From: Eledone cirrhosa
Taxonomy: Eukaryota
Reading direction: 5' to 3'
DNA length: 64,000 nucleotides
NCBI GenBank assembly: GCA_964016885.1
Contig: OZ024741.1
Coordinates: 123,566,001-123,630,000 of the forward strand
Each line of letters starts with the position of its first letter. Position 1 is the first letter of the stretch. A model generated the notes under the pieces. The model did no database searches and had not been told where the DNA came from. It worked only from the letters and a program-made list of their open reading frames with translations. Both the position numbers and the translations under genes were made by a program. Shown piece after piece: positions 28,681 to 41,555 of the stretch.

Positions 28681-28895
28681 TTGCGTGTCTGTGACTCTGT
28701 GTGTATGTATTTATGCATTTACAACATCAGTGTTTCAGAATATTTTTTTTGTGAGACGCAATGAAGTTAGGGAAATATGTTCACAGAAGCATATGCATGT
28801 GAGCACGCTGGATGGATCTGACGCTCTGAGGTAGACAGCGAGAGAGGTCCTCTACTATTGTATACATACCCACACCCACACACACACACATACAG

Positions 28896-28934
<39 letters not shown>

Positions 28935-28949
<15 letters not shown>

Positions 28950-29105
28950 GAGGATGTCTGTCTGTGAGTCTGTTTCCATAAAACTCGAGAAGTACCCAAC
29001 CGTTTTTTTTCAAACTTTACACATGTAACCCGCATGACCTCGGAAGTATTTTGAGCAAAAATAAATTTCAAATTATTCTGATCTAGGGATCGAATTAGTG
29101 AAGTG
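28935..29105 (+). mobile_element. Helitron 5' fragment
   Basis: tataaaacagaggatgtctgtctgt..aaaactcgagaagtacccaaccg, homologous to 29584 and 30719 elements. Confidence 0.6.
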
Positions 29106-29583
29106 GCCAATGTCTGTACATAATGAAGGAGTGAGAGGGGAGAGAAAGAAACGGAGAAGCGAAGTGAAGAAGTGGCTCTCTACTCCTCCTTCTCCATCTC
29201 CCCATTCGTCACACCGTTTTTCGATAGAGGGGAGAAATGTGAACGAGTTACAGAGAGAAAGAGTGAGTGTGAAAGAAACAGACAGACTAAAGGAGGGGGA
29301 TAGCGGGAGAGAGAGAGAGAGAGAGAAAGAGTGACAGACGCCGTCTTTAGAGAGTTGTATGCGTCAAAGATATATGACAGTGGAATAACTATTGCGTGGG
29401 TGTGTACGTGCGCGCGTGAGTGTGTGAGTTTGTGTGTGTTTGCATGCGTGAGTGTGTATGTGTGCGTGAGTGATTATAAACTCTCTCACATGGTCTGATG
29501 GAATTAACCCTTTAGCATATACATTACTCTATATATACTATATTATTTTCATGGTAAAGGCTTTATCTCACATAATATAAAAA

Positions 29584-29929
29584 TCTATATATCTAAAACA
29601 GAGAATGTCTGTGTGTCTGTCCGTTCAATTAAAGTAGAGAACCACTGAACTGATTGTTTTCAAACTTTACATTAATACGTATGGTCCTGTGAGTGTTTTG
29701 AGAAAAAAAGATTCAAATTTTCCACGCCCTAGGGACCGCATTAGGCGATTTAGCGATCTCTCTTCAGAATTCTTAGTCTTTCTCTTTTTAGATAGATACA
29801 TAGATATAACGTTCCGCAATTATAATATCTGTCTGAATGTCTGGCTGTCTGCATTACGACACTATGGCGCTATCTGTGTGTGTGTGTATATATGTATGTA
29901 TATAGTGTGTGTATATATGTATATATATA

Positions 29930-30005
<76 letters not shown>

Positions 30006-30355
30006 GTGGAGAAATATATAAATGAGAACAAACCATTAAAACATGTTTATTTAAAATAGCACCTACCTACGTTTCGCCCGACTGGGCTTCTCAAGGGTAT
30101 AAAAAATGAAAAAGCGTTCCTTACATGACCCCTAAACGTACGTAAGTGCTATTTTAAATAAGCATGTTTCAACGGTTTGTTCTCCATTATATATTTCTCC
30201 ACGTATATTAGCTCTGCTGATTTTCTCGCCCACTAGATATTAACACTTCTAATATTTAACACTGCAGGCACAAGCAATGAGCACCCTTTGCATATGCTAT
30301 TGGCAAATAACTACATGTATTGCCTATCTCTTCTTCTCTCTCTCGATACTTAATT

Positions 30356-30416
<61 letters not shown>

Positions 30417-30528
30417 TGTAACATTTTACGAAATATTTACTTCTGCGTGCACAGATTGATATTTTTAGTTTCAGAAGATCCCGTTAAGGGTGAAAGCAGC
30501 GATTCTTTGCTTAAACCTTAATCTGTTA

Positions 30529-30579
<51 letters not shown>

Positions 30580-30718
30580 GTGTACAGATATTTTTGCATG
30601 AACAATAACAAAATATAAACAAACGTATTTATTTCACGAGACTCAATAAGGATAAATATATATCAAATATATAAGAACCCTAGAGCAAATCCCGAGCATC
30701 GCCGGGCCATTCTGCTAG
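29584..30718 (+). mobile_element. Non-autonomous Helitron with nested PLE-type remnants
   Basis: A|TCTATATATCTAAAAC start; cccg-agcatcgc-cggg hairpin then CTAG|T. Confidence 0.7.
30002..30207. mobile_element. Inverted (head-to-head) repeat-end insert with U3-A8 hammerhead-like motif at ~30060-30098 (-)
   Basis: ~70-bp arms; minus reads CCC-UUGAGAA-GCCC(AGUC)GGGC-GAAA-CGUAGG-UA-GG; the other arm keeps palindromic ACGUACGU. Confidence 0.65.
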
Positions 30719-31594
30719 TACATATATAAAACTGAGGATGTATGTCTGTGTGTGTGTGAGTTCGAATCCCTAAAACTAGAGAACCATCCAACCGACTGTG
30801 TTCAAACTTTACACATGTAATACTTATGTTTCAGGGAGTGTTCTGAGCAAAGAACGTTTCTAATTTTCATTGCCCTAGGGACCACATTAGGCGATTTAGT
30901 GATCTCTCTCTATAATGCTTAGTCTTTCTCTTTTTAGATAGATACATACATATAACGTCGCACCCATATAATATCTGTATGTATGTCTGCTTGCCTGCAT
31001 TACGTCACTTCCCTGTGTCTGTGAGTTTGAATCCCTAAAACTCGAGAAGTACCCAACCGATTTTTTCAAAATTTACATGTGTATTACTTATGTTTCAGGG
31101 AGTGTTATACACATAAAATTCAACTTTTTTTATCTGCTAGGGCCTGCATTAGGTGAAAAACTGCGTTTTTAAAGTTGTTTAAGGTTTTTTTTAGGCGTTA
31201 CGTCAGACCGATTTCCTTGAAATTGTAACTATATATTAGTAAGTCTCTTCTTCATACCGCGAGCAAAGAAAATCCAACTTGTTTATGGCCTAGGGACCAC
31301 ATTAGGGGAAAAACTTCATTTGTTCAGCTTTTTAGGGCTTTTTGGAGGCGTTACGTCTAGCCGATTTTCCCGAAATTTCAAGGCATATTATACACATAAA
31401 AGAAATTCATTTTCTTGACCCCCTGCATTTTTCCTGCTTCATCGAGGACAATCTTAAAGATTATCCAGCCATCAGAGTATTCGCTTTATTTTCTTTACAT
31501 ATTGTCCAGGCATGCCGTTTTTCCACCATTAGGTCTGTTGGAGGCCCGCCTTCCAAAATACCTTATCCCGTGCAACGCCGGGTACCACTGCTAG
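30719..31594 (+). mobile_element. Non-autonomous Helitron directly abutting the previous one
   Basis: atatataaaactgaggatgt start, internal subrepeats, cccg-tgcaacgc-cggg hairpin then CTAG|T. Confidence 0.75.
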
Positions 31595-31807
31595 TATATA
31601 TATATAAAGTTTGAGTATATGTTGGTTCAACAACATGTGTACCTGTCTTTCCCACACCAATTCGGACTGTCTACATTGTTCTACAGCCATTGTCTACATT
31701 GTTTTACAGGCAAGTTCAGCCACCCACTGCAATGAAAGACTTAATTGGGTTTACAAGAAATGTTGACCAATCCTCTTGACAACTACAATCTTCGCATATA
31801 AGGAATT

Positions 31808-31903
31808 ACCCCTTGAAAAGTTCAGCTATTTATTTACCACGCTAAAAATTCTAATTTAGTCCAGAAATAGTCGTCGAAACGGCTTGAGCTCTGCCGTCGG
31901 GGT
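31808..31903 (+). ncRNA. Hammerhead ribozyme with U3-A8 covariant core and long stem II (PLE2 pseudo-LTR; second copy 34837-34932)
   Basis: ACCCC-UUGAAAA-G..GCUAUUU/AAAUAGU..C-GAAA-CGGC(UUGAGCUCU)GCCG-UC-GGGGU. Confidence 0.72.
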
Positions 31904-32099
31904 CTAACATATTCCTATTACCCACTCTTTTACCCTAAGTATTGAGTAATCTGGTGCGTTGAGGTCCATCTGGTTCCTTACCACACCTCCTTCGTTATCT
32001 AGTCCCTACCTCCGTAGTTGAGCACTTTCCGACCCTACCACGCCATATCCTGACTTTTCCACCCAGCTCAAGTTTCGTTACCCTCACCAAGCGAAAACA

Positions 32100-34018
32100 C
32101 AATAACGACTTCTCCACCAAGAACATCCCAGTTCCACCGAGAAAACTTTACCTTCCGATGCTCACGCAAAAAAAATCGACCTGTTTGCGAAAAGACTGAG
32201 ATGGAGAACATTTTTTTACGATAGATACCGCGACAACCAGGACTTCGAGAGCAAGTAGAGATTCGGATTCAATACCCACAAATCTCTCCAACCGAACCCT
32301 ATGCTATCACCCTTTGAGAACGACCTCTTCCACCGGGTCAAGAGTAGAAAATTCAAACCCAGACACAACCGATTCCTATAACAACTCCGTAGCAAAATAA
32401 CGGTGTATGAAAGCACCAACGACATCCTGGTGCATTCGGACAAAACTGGAAACCTCTATTTCGTCAACCCTGACAGATACCACACACTGATCTGCAGCAG
32501 CCTGAACTCCACCTACAAAAAGGCTAACCATTCAATAATCGAGGACATATATCTAGATGGACAACAAATTACCTCCAGCCTTGGGGTTGCCGACCGTACT
32601 GAACCTCTCGACCCAAGGTCTCCCTACTTCGACCGGAAACCATCCATCAGGCTTATAGACCCGACTAAGGCGGACATAAGGATAATCAGTAAAAAGATCC
32701 TAGACCGCGTTATACCAAAACGCGAGGTTAAGCAAAACGCGAGACTTAGTCTTTGGGTCAGCACCCAGGGAGTCATTCCATGGTTCAAGAATATTGAGGA
32801 CAAACAGGACACGAAATTCATCCAGTTCGACAGAGGGTTACTACGCCTCTATTACCTTACTGCTCCTTACGGTCGCTTTGGACTTTGCCAAAACACTCAC
32901 ACCCTCCACCTATCAGGAAAGAAACATCATTCTCCACGCCAGGAAGTCAGTCCTCCAAGGGGATAACGAGATCTCCCGACTCCCCCTTCGACGTCAGTAT
33001 CGGCGCGACCGACTCGGCCGAGGTGACCGATCTTATAGGATTATTCCTACTATATAAACTCACCGAAATGTTTCCTACATTCGGCGGTGCATTGTACCGA
33101 GACGATGGGTTCCTTACCCTCAAAGGGTCATACCCCAGTAGTACAGACCGGGTCCGTAAACAACTATTCAACTTCTTCCGGGACTGGGGTTTTAAAATCA
33201 CCCTAAAAATTCCCTAACCTGAGTCAATTTCCTGGACGTTACCCTCAACCTCGAAAATGATCTGTACTACCCATACAGGAAACCAAACGACAACCTGAAG
33301 CGAAGCGGCTTTCGGGAGGAAATCTCCTTTTATCCAGCTTCCGTTAGCGGAACCAGCAGGCGACGTCGCCGCTCACGCCACATAACGTGGTTCAACCCTC
33401 CCCACAATGCCGAGTTGGCAACACATATCGGGAAAATCTTCTTAAGGCTCCTCGACAAACACGTCCCACCACAACACCGCTATCGCAACATAATCAACAA
33501 AAACTCTCTCGAACTCTCCTACAGCACCTAACCCAACTTCGCACAAAACATCGCCTCCTCAAACAACAAGAAACTAAACCCCTATGGAACAAACAACCTA
33601 GACATTAGTGGAGAGCCACCAGGAGGTGTAACTGCCCTGATAGATCTACGTGCCCCCTCAACAAAAGATGCCGAGAACTTAACGTGATCTACCAGTGCAA
33701 CGTGAGGACGGAAACCTCCAACAGAGCGTATATAGGATTAACCGCTTGTGACTTTAAGACCCGGCTCTACTAACACCCATCCACGTTCCGAAACCCGGCC
33801 CGGCGACATGCCAATACACTTTCAGGCCACATATGGGATTTCTACGATAATAACATGACATACAATCTTACTTGGAACGTACTACCCAGGGCTAACTCCT
33901 ACACGGGAGTACGCCGTCCATGTTACTTATGCTGTTTACGAAGGACCAACTCCTAAACAAAAAAGACGAACTTGTAACTGCATGTAAACACCGATTGCGT
34001 AGAACTCACCTCACCCTG
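32100..34018 (+). pseudogene. Frameshifted PLE reverse transcriptase plus GIY-YIG endonuclease
   Basis: STKNIPVP; SDKTGNLY; IRLIDPTK; GATDSAEVTDLIGLFLL; LYRDDG; NFLDVTLNL; WFNPP; CNCPDRSTCPLNKRC; VIY..YIG; several stops and frameshifts. Confidence 0.85.
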
Positions 34019-35023
34019 AAACCCCCTCATGACCCGAGTGGGTAGACAATGGCTGCAACATCCTCCTTTTCCCCACATGCCGAACAAGATAGGCGAAACC
34101 ACAGCTAACATAGATAGATGTACTTCTGTTCTTTTCCTTTTTATTTTCTTCTTCCCTTTATCTCTTCCTATCATTTCCTTCCACTCCCTATCCTCTTCCT
34201 TTTCCTTCTCCCCTTTCGCCTACCCTGAGGCAGCTCATCGGGCTTTTGTAGCCTCAATACCTCCACCCCAGTAAATTATATATAGCAGTGGCCGAAAACG
34301 CAATACCAACTAATTATAGTAGCGATTTTAGACCCTGGAGATTTTTTATTACTTTTTACTATCCAATTCTATAATTTTATATATTTTTTATTTAATTAGT
34401 ATATTCTAATCTCAATTTATTAAACTATTCTATAGCATTGGCCGAAAATGCAATAACAACTAAATATAGCAGCTGTTTTAGACTCTAGATAATTTTTATT
34501 ATTTCTTACTATCCAATTTTATGTTTTTATATAATTCTTTATTTATTTATTACCTTCTAATCTCAATTTATTAACCTATTCTATAACGTCCCCTCTCTAT
34601 TTTATCCAGAATCCCTTTTCGCCCACTTCCTCTGGCCTATTTTCATACACAATCCTTAAAATTTGCTGTGTAGAATTCACTTTCAACGCTTGACCGGCTC
34701 CACCCACTCCCTCATTGTTCTGAAGGCAAGTTCAGCCACCTCCACCCCCCACCCACGGCTATGAAAGACTTAATTGTGTTTACAAGAAATTTTGACCAAT
34801 CCTCTTGATAACTACAATCTTCCCATATAAGGAATTACCCGTTGAAAAGTTTGGCTATTTATTTACGACGCTAAACATTCTAATTTAGTCCAGAAATAGC
34901 CGTCGAAACGGCTTGAGCTCTGCCCTCGGTGTCAAATATTTTCCTATTACCCACTCTACTACCCTAAGTATTGAGTAATCTGGTGCGTTATGGTCCATCT
35001 AGTTCCTTACCACACCTCCTTCG

Positions 35024-35060
<37 letters not shown>

Positions 35061-35065
35061 TATAT

Positions 35066-36025
35066 AGTTATACTGGGGGGGGGGGGGGTCATATTTGTGT
35101 AATATTGCCAGAATTAATAACAGAATACACTCACTGTTTGGCTGGTTTTCGCTTTTCGCTTCTGTGTCTTTTATATCGGTAATCTAATTTATTCGGTCCT
35201 CAATGTTGCCATTGACTGACCAACGGTCAAAAATCATACAGATACAATATAGACACAAACACATATATATAGTTTATCAAATTTCTTTCGTTGCACATCT
35301 GCAACATCGTTAGTGGTGATATAGATTCCTCCCGTTGCGTTGTATTTCTATGCCATCTTTATTTAGTCTGTTTATATATTTATTTATATATTTGTTTGTT
35401 TGTTTATTTTATGTTGTCTTCTTTGCGCATGCGTTTGCGTATGTGTATAGTGTTTTGTTTGACGTGTGTTCGTGATTGGGTGACTGTGTATTGGTTAATG
35501 TATTCTATGTTTACTAGTGTGTGTTTATATGTGTTTGTTGTTATTGTGCTTGTGCATGTATTTATTTATTTATTTATTTATCTATTTATTTATTTATTTA
35601 TACTTCTCTTAGGTCAGTGTTGTTTGTTTGGGTGTTGTTATTCCATTCATTCTTTCTGTTTAGTCTTGGCCTTCTAAGTTCTATTTCACTGGCCTCTCTG
35701 ATTTGCCTATCTGCTGGGTCATTTCTATGTTTAGATATTATTCTAATTTGATATACAACAGATATGCAACGAAAAAACTTTGATAAACTATACATATGTG
35801 TTTGTGTCTATATTGTATCTGTATGATTTTTTACCGTTGGTCAGTCAATGGCAAGATTTAATTAGATTACCGATATAAAAGATGCAGACGCGAAAAGCGA
35901 AAACCAACCAAACAGTGAGTGTATTCTGTTATTAATTCTGTCAATATTACACAAATATGACCCTCGCCAAGTATAACAATATTTGTTTCGACACACGATT
36001 TCATATAAAAAACCTCGCAAAACTA
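35066..36025. mobile_element. Element with ~235-bp inverted arms (35066-35301 / 35759-35977) between TA tracts; probable PLE-type 3' end with 5' inversion
   Basis: Arms are diverged reverse complements; no coding or ribozyme motif confirmed. Confidence 0.6.
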
Positions 36026-36039
36026 TATATATATATATA

Positions 36040-36935
36040 AAATTTCAGGTTATCAATAATGTAGTGATAATATATCGTTACGTTAGAGATGAACAGCGTA
36101 CGTGCAGGTTTGCTCAACGAGTATAAATTATATTCCGGAGAAAATGTAGAAAGGATGAATATAAAATGAAAGTGCTTTTTTTAAAAAAGGAATTTATTAG
36201 GTATTGACATATGTTTCTGTAACAGACGGAATACCTATGTATCGCTGCTTGCGTAATCATATAATGTTAGCAAGTATTTGATAGCAAATGTATAATCAGT
36301 TGTCACTTCTTCAGAGATTTTGGATAAACTGGATTAAATCAGAAAAATTGAAGTATTTATATTAGTGATAGAGGAAGAAACAGAGGGGATAGTATAGGAC
36401 AGATGGTAAATTAATTTACTGCTAAACAAGTATATAATGGGTTTCTAATGAGAATACCATGAGTAAATCTAAATAAGAATTTTGGGAGTGCCAATTTTAA
36501 TCTCTACTTGACCAACTGGACAGTGGACAGGGCTGGTCATTTGGTGCAGTAGTATTAATTATAAAGTGTCAATTGGGGAAGGGGGAGATTTCGATTGCTA
36601 CTAAATAACATCAATGCTAGTAGCCAGCTGGTATATGCATTAGGGAATTGAATCAAGAAATCAGAAATCTCATTTTATCTATAGCAGTTTGTATTAAAAG
36701 GTAAATAATAGAAGAGTTGATAGAATTAAGACTAATAAAGAATGTTAATATCTATTTTGACAATCAAACGGGGATAGAGACAGGCGTTCAATCCTGGTAG
36801 TATTTATAATATGAAAATGTAGATTTTAAGCGATGGTTACAGTATAACGATCGCTCTATTCTGTTATTTAATAAAATGTTTTTGGATTTCATAATACAAA
36901 ATAATTCTACATTACATAATTTACAAAAGTGTGTT
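36040..36935 (-). mobile_element. 3' fragment of a third PLE (PLE3): endonuclease C-terminus plus 3' UTR with hammerhead-like motif (~36201-36319)
   Basis: Minus frame 36930-36786 reads HFCKLCNVELFCIMKSKNILLNNRIERSLYCNHRLKSTF. UTR has CUGAAGA-A-GUGACA..UGUUAC-A-GAAA-CAUAUG-UC; stem I is weak. Confidence 0.72.
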
Positions 36936-36954
36936 CTGTTATTAATATATATAT

Positions 36955-37296
36955 ATATATACGGTGTATATATATGCTTATAATATTACAAGGACGATTT
37001 GTTAAGTCTACATTACGTTTATTGATTGGTGACGCACGTTTCGCTATTGATCAGCTCAAGGTTCAAACTGTATGGATCTGGCCCGACTCTGGACGCAAAA
37101 GCTCTTTGGACCTCTGTTTTAGTAATGTCATTACTACAATAGAGGTTCGACGAGCTTTTCCAGGTTCGGGCCAGATCGATACAGATCGAACTTTGAGCTG
37201 ATCAATAGCAAAATGCGCGCCACCAATCAATAAACGTAATGTAGACTGAACAAATCGTCCTTGTAATATTATAAGCATATATATACAGCGTATATA
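36955..37296. repeat. ~340-bp near-perfect palindrome between TA tracts; each arm is a decayed long-stem-II hammerhead
   Basis: Centre gtaatg-t-cattac (~37127); arm consensus GGU-CCGANGA-GCU..AGC-GAAA-CG(C/U)GCG-UC-ACC. Confidence 0.75.
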
Positions 37297-37424
37297 TATA
37301 TATATATATAGTAATAATAAATTTGAAGACTAAAATCCAAAGAGGGCTCGATAAGGATAAATATATATCAAATATATATATATCGTATATATATATATAT
37401 ATATATACGGTATATATATATACC

Positions 37425-37494
<70 letters not shown>

Positions 37495-37527
37495 GTGCCG
37501 AGCGCCATTCTGCTATATCTTAATAAT

Positions 37528-37742
37528 AATGGTTTCTAGTTTATGCACAAGTCCAAAGGCGAGGAAGGAGAGGAAAGGAGAAAAAGGAGAAGAAAGTGGA
37601 TTATATCGACCACAGATCATTACTTGTTCTATATTTTCTCAATCCCATAAAAATAAAGGGCGAAGCTGACCTCACATGCATTTGTACTCAGAATGTTGTA
37701 AAGATCCGTAACTCTATACCGCAAGCATGTTGTCTGACCCCA
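37528..37742 (-). mobile_element. tRNA-derived SINE (diverged)
   Basis: Reverse complement similarity to the 51571 family. Confidence 0.55.
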
Positions 37743-38810
37743 AATGTGTGTTATGGTGACTCTATATTTATGTTTATGCTGTGTTTATTTCTCGTAATTT
37801 AGCGCTTTGACAAAAAGATATTGATAAAAATTGAAAAAAGATAAGTGTTGCGGTGGATATGATTAACTATATGATTGAGATGCTCCAGTATGGCAGCAAT
37901 GACTTAAACCATTAAAGCATAATACAACTAAATGGTTTCCGCCAAAACACGGAAAGAGATAAAATACGCCAGTACACCATGTATGACTTAGTATGTTCTG
38001 TCTGTTAGAAGCACTAAGCAAAAGGTCAGATCGTCTAATTATATTCCGTACTAATTGTGTCTTCTATCATGAAAAAAAAAGAAAAAAAACCTTCGTCAAG
38101 TTTGTTGCTAATGGTAGAGAAATACGATGAGAGTGGGCGAGAGTGTGAGAATTGTAGGGAGTGAGATAGTAAGGCGGAGAGTGTAAGTGGTTGATAAAGA
38201 GAGGGGAACAAATTGGATGGGAGAGCGAGAGAGATGCGGAAATGGAGGTGGAATGAGAGTGTGAGAGAGAAGAACAGAGATAGAGATAGAGAAGTGTTGA
38301 GAGAGGATGAGAAAATGCGAGCAGATGAAATGGTAAGAGAAAGAGAGACAGTTGAAATGAGATGTGACGGAGAAAAGGAACTTGATTGCAATGAACCTGT
38401 GTTCAATTCATTGTTGTAACGGAAACTGAACCAAGAAATGTAAAGTATCGGATTTGATCAACTTCACAATGGAAAGCCTAAAGAGGAATTCCTTGGAAAT
38501 ATTTCCGAACTAATACTAAACAATGGTACCAGGAAATTGTAGGCATGCTCGTTTATAAAGGATAGGAGACAGCATTGTCCTGGAATATCATGATGTTTTA
38601 GTTGTATTGCGAGAAAGCAGGAAATGTTGCCATATGTATATATAATTGTGATTAAAGAACAATTGTTTGCTACGAAATTCTATTTAGAAAATGATATGGT
38701 AGAGATAGATGTTCAATTGTTAAGAGGCCAATGCGAACAACATAAAAGTCATTTAATGTTTAAAACGAGAATTAAAATATTCATTTTGTTTGATTCTATA
38801 AATTGACCAT

Positions 38811-38975
38811 AGGCGGGGAATTGGCAATTGGCAGAGTAGATAGAAAATTGAATAGAAAGCTTTGCATTACTCATTTTGGCTCTTTGTTTTCTGAGTTCAA
38901 ATCCCGTCGAGGTCAATTTTGACTTTCATCCTTTCGAGGTCGTTAAAAAAGCACCAGTCTAGTCCTGGGATCGAT
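38811..38975 (+). mobile_element. tRNA-derived SINE (diverged)
   Basis: ctgagttcaaatcccgtcgaggtc..tttcatcctttcgaggtcg. Confidence 0.7.
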
Positions 38976-39554
38976 TTTTCCTCAATGTCCCTTTCTCATT
39001 TACTTTCTCACTCTCTATCATTCTCTGGAAGAAATCTGCTGTGTTCAGACTGGGGGAGGGAAGGGCTACGTCAGGCTTACCAAGAAAATCCGTATTCCAC
39101 AACGGCGGCACTACGACCCCAGCAGTAGTTACAGGACGATGATTGTATGAATACATAAAATGACTAATTTATTATCAGTTCATCTAGAGTGCATTGATGC
39201 AGTAGGTTCGTTAGCCCTTTCATGAATCTTAAATGTTTATGCCATCAGTACTTGTGTTACATAGAGATGTATGTACATATGGGCCGATAACACCTGATCA
39301 GAAGCTATTTCTTTCAAAGAGAAAGAACGACATGAAAGACGACATGAAAAATAGATACAGATGAAGAATCAAGTTGGAATGAATGCCGTAAATCATTCTA
39401 TCCGACTTACTTGTCTCTATATCATCCGTAGCTTTGCCAATAAACCAAAACGCTGATTAGCAGATGAACAAATACAAGGTTTTGAAGGGGTGATTCTTTT
39501 TTGCATGTCACTATTGAAAGTTTCCAACTTCGTGAGTCCCCAATTGAGTATTGC

Positions 39555-39895
39555 TGAGTAATGCCTGGAGAAAGGAAATTCGTTAGGTGGTATGGTGGAT
39601 GATTGGAGAAGGAACCTTGTTAGATGGAACAGTTGATGTCCGGAGGAAAATAGTTATGTGGAATTCCTGGAAAAGAAGTTCCATTACGAGGAAGAGCTGA
39701 TTCTTGCTGAAGGATCCCATGAATTATAATGTTTCATGCTTGGAGAAGGAGTCCCATTAGATGGAATGGCTGATGTGAGGGGAAGGATACCGTGAATTGG
39801 GTGATGCCTGGAGGAGGAGCCACGTTAGGTGGAATGGTTAATATGTGGGGAGGGGGCCCTATTATGGAGAACGGCAGATATCGTGGAGGGGGGGG
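39555..39895 (+). repeat. Degenerate ~36-40-bp minisatellite
   Basis: Recurrent gatgcctggagaagga..cattagatggaatgg. Confidence 0.65.
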
Positions 39896-41555
39896 GGATT
39901 GTAGCCATTTGCCAACACAAGCTCAACGTATTTGACTGTATTGACCTGCTTTCAGCATATCACTCTTCCCATACTTCGTGGGGACCGCATTAATCAAGCC
40001 AATGGAATTTGATTTCTCATCGTCTTTTACTGAAGAACAATAAGTAACAAACCCCGCGAGTGTGACTGGGTTTTCCAGCACGGCCCCTTTCCATCATTTG
40101 GGTAAAAGCAATCGCCCAGAAATCCGGAAGGAGAGCAAACTCTAGGCCTATTTCGTGGGGTACATCGCAGAGATTATGAATGGGTTGCAGGAGATGATAT
40201 ATTCACAAATCAACATTTCTTGTGAGCATAAATGTAATCTATTTTGTCGGATGCAGTAATAGTAACAATATCATTGATAGTTTATGTTTAGTTATATAAT
40301 GTGTTACTTGGGTAAGACCTTATTGATATTTGTTGTTTATTCTGTTCTTCTATAAATTATTAAGTCTATATATTTCATATATATATATATACAATATATT
40401 AACAAATGGAAACTATATTTATAAAACCATATTTATTTAATTATACATATTTCAAGGGCCACCAAGGCAAACTATGGTGCGCTTTCATCAGATAAAATAT
40501 AATATAGGTTAGTTTTATAAATGAATATTGACATACCCTGAAAAAGTGCAACCATTCTGGTTGGAATCTCCTGGATAGTGGAGTTATTAGATTTATTGTT
40601 GGTTTATTATGCAAATTTGGGTTGGAAAGGTTTAAATAACAGTATATTTAAATTAAGCCGTTGGAATAGGGAAAAAAAGAAAGAGAAAAACGAAAAAAAA
40701 AAACGAAAGAAAGAAAGAGAAAAGAACCTGAGTATATTTAAGTGAGAGAGAATAGCGTAATTTTGACAGAAGAGGCGAAGAAATGAATATAGCGTGGATG
40801 AATACCGTAGCATGAATAAACAATAAATAATAATAAAGCGTGGATAAATAATAATATCCAGATTCATTATAAAGATAAGTTGAAGAATGTTATCTAATGT
40901 TTAATTAATAAATTTGATTAAATGTTTAATTACTAATTTATCAATTCAATCCGTAGTTTAAATGTGTATGTTAGGTTATTAAAATTGAGACCTATATATT
41001 ATTAAAGAATATATATTATTAAAATATATATTATTAGAAAAATATATATTATTAGAAAATATGTTATTATTAGAAAACCATATATCATTTTATTAATTAT
41101 TAATTAATTATTTTAAAAATGTTTGTAATTTTAAAATATCCGAATATTTCTAAGCCCATGGAAATTCCGAGAGTTTACAGATTCCTTATTTGTAATAGAG
41201 TAGAGCGTAAAGGAAATTGCTAGTGAATTATTCATAATTTAGATAGCTTTAAGGGTTAAATGCGATAAAGTTAAGATGTTAAAAAATTAAATTTTCCATC
41301 TTAATAATGTAATTAGAGTATGAATCTTATGTTATTTTACAGAAAGTTATAATTTTATAAATCTACCTGTTATACAGTTATGACTGTTAAAACATAAATT
41401 TGTTTGCTATAACATCTTAACATTTAAAAATATCTGAACATTTAACATTTTTTCATAGGAATATATCTAAAGCATAAACCATGAAAAAACTCTTTCATAA
41501 GAGTATATCTATAGAATATATTTAAAGTATAAATTTTAAATATATATAAACATTT

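Larger units (their letters stand above)
31708..35027 (+). mobile_element. Near-full-length decayed Penelope-like element (PLE2) with direct pseudo-LTRs (31708-31998, 34724-35027)
   Basis: ~290-bp direct repeats flank an RT-EN pseudogene; 3' end abuts (TA)n. Confidence 0.88.
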
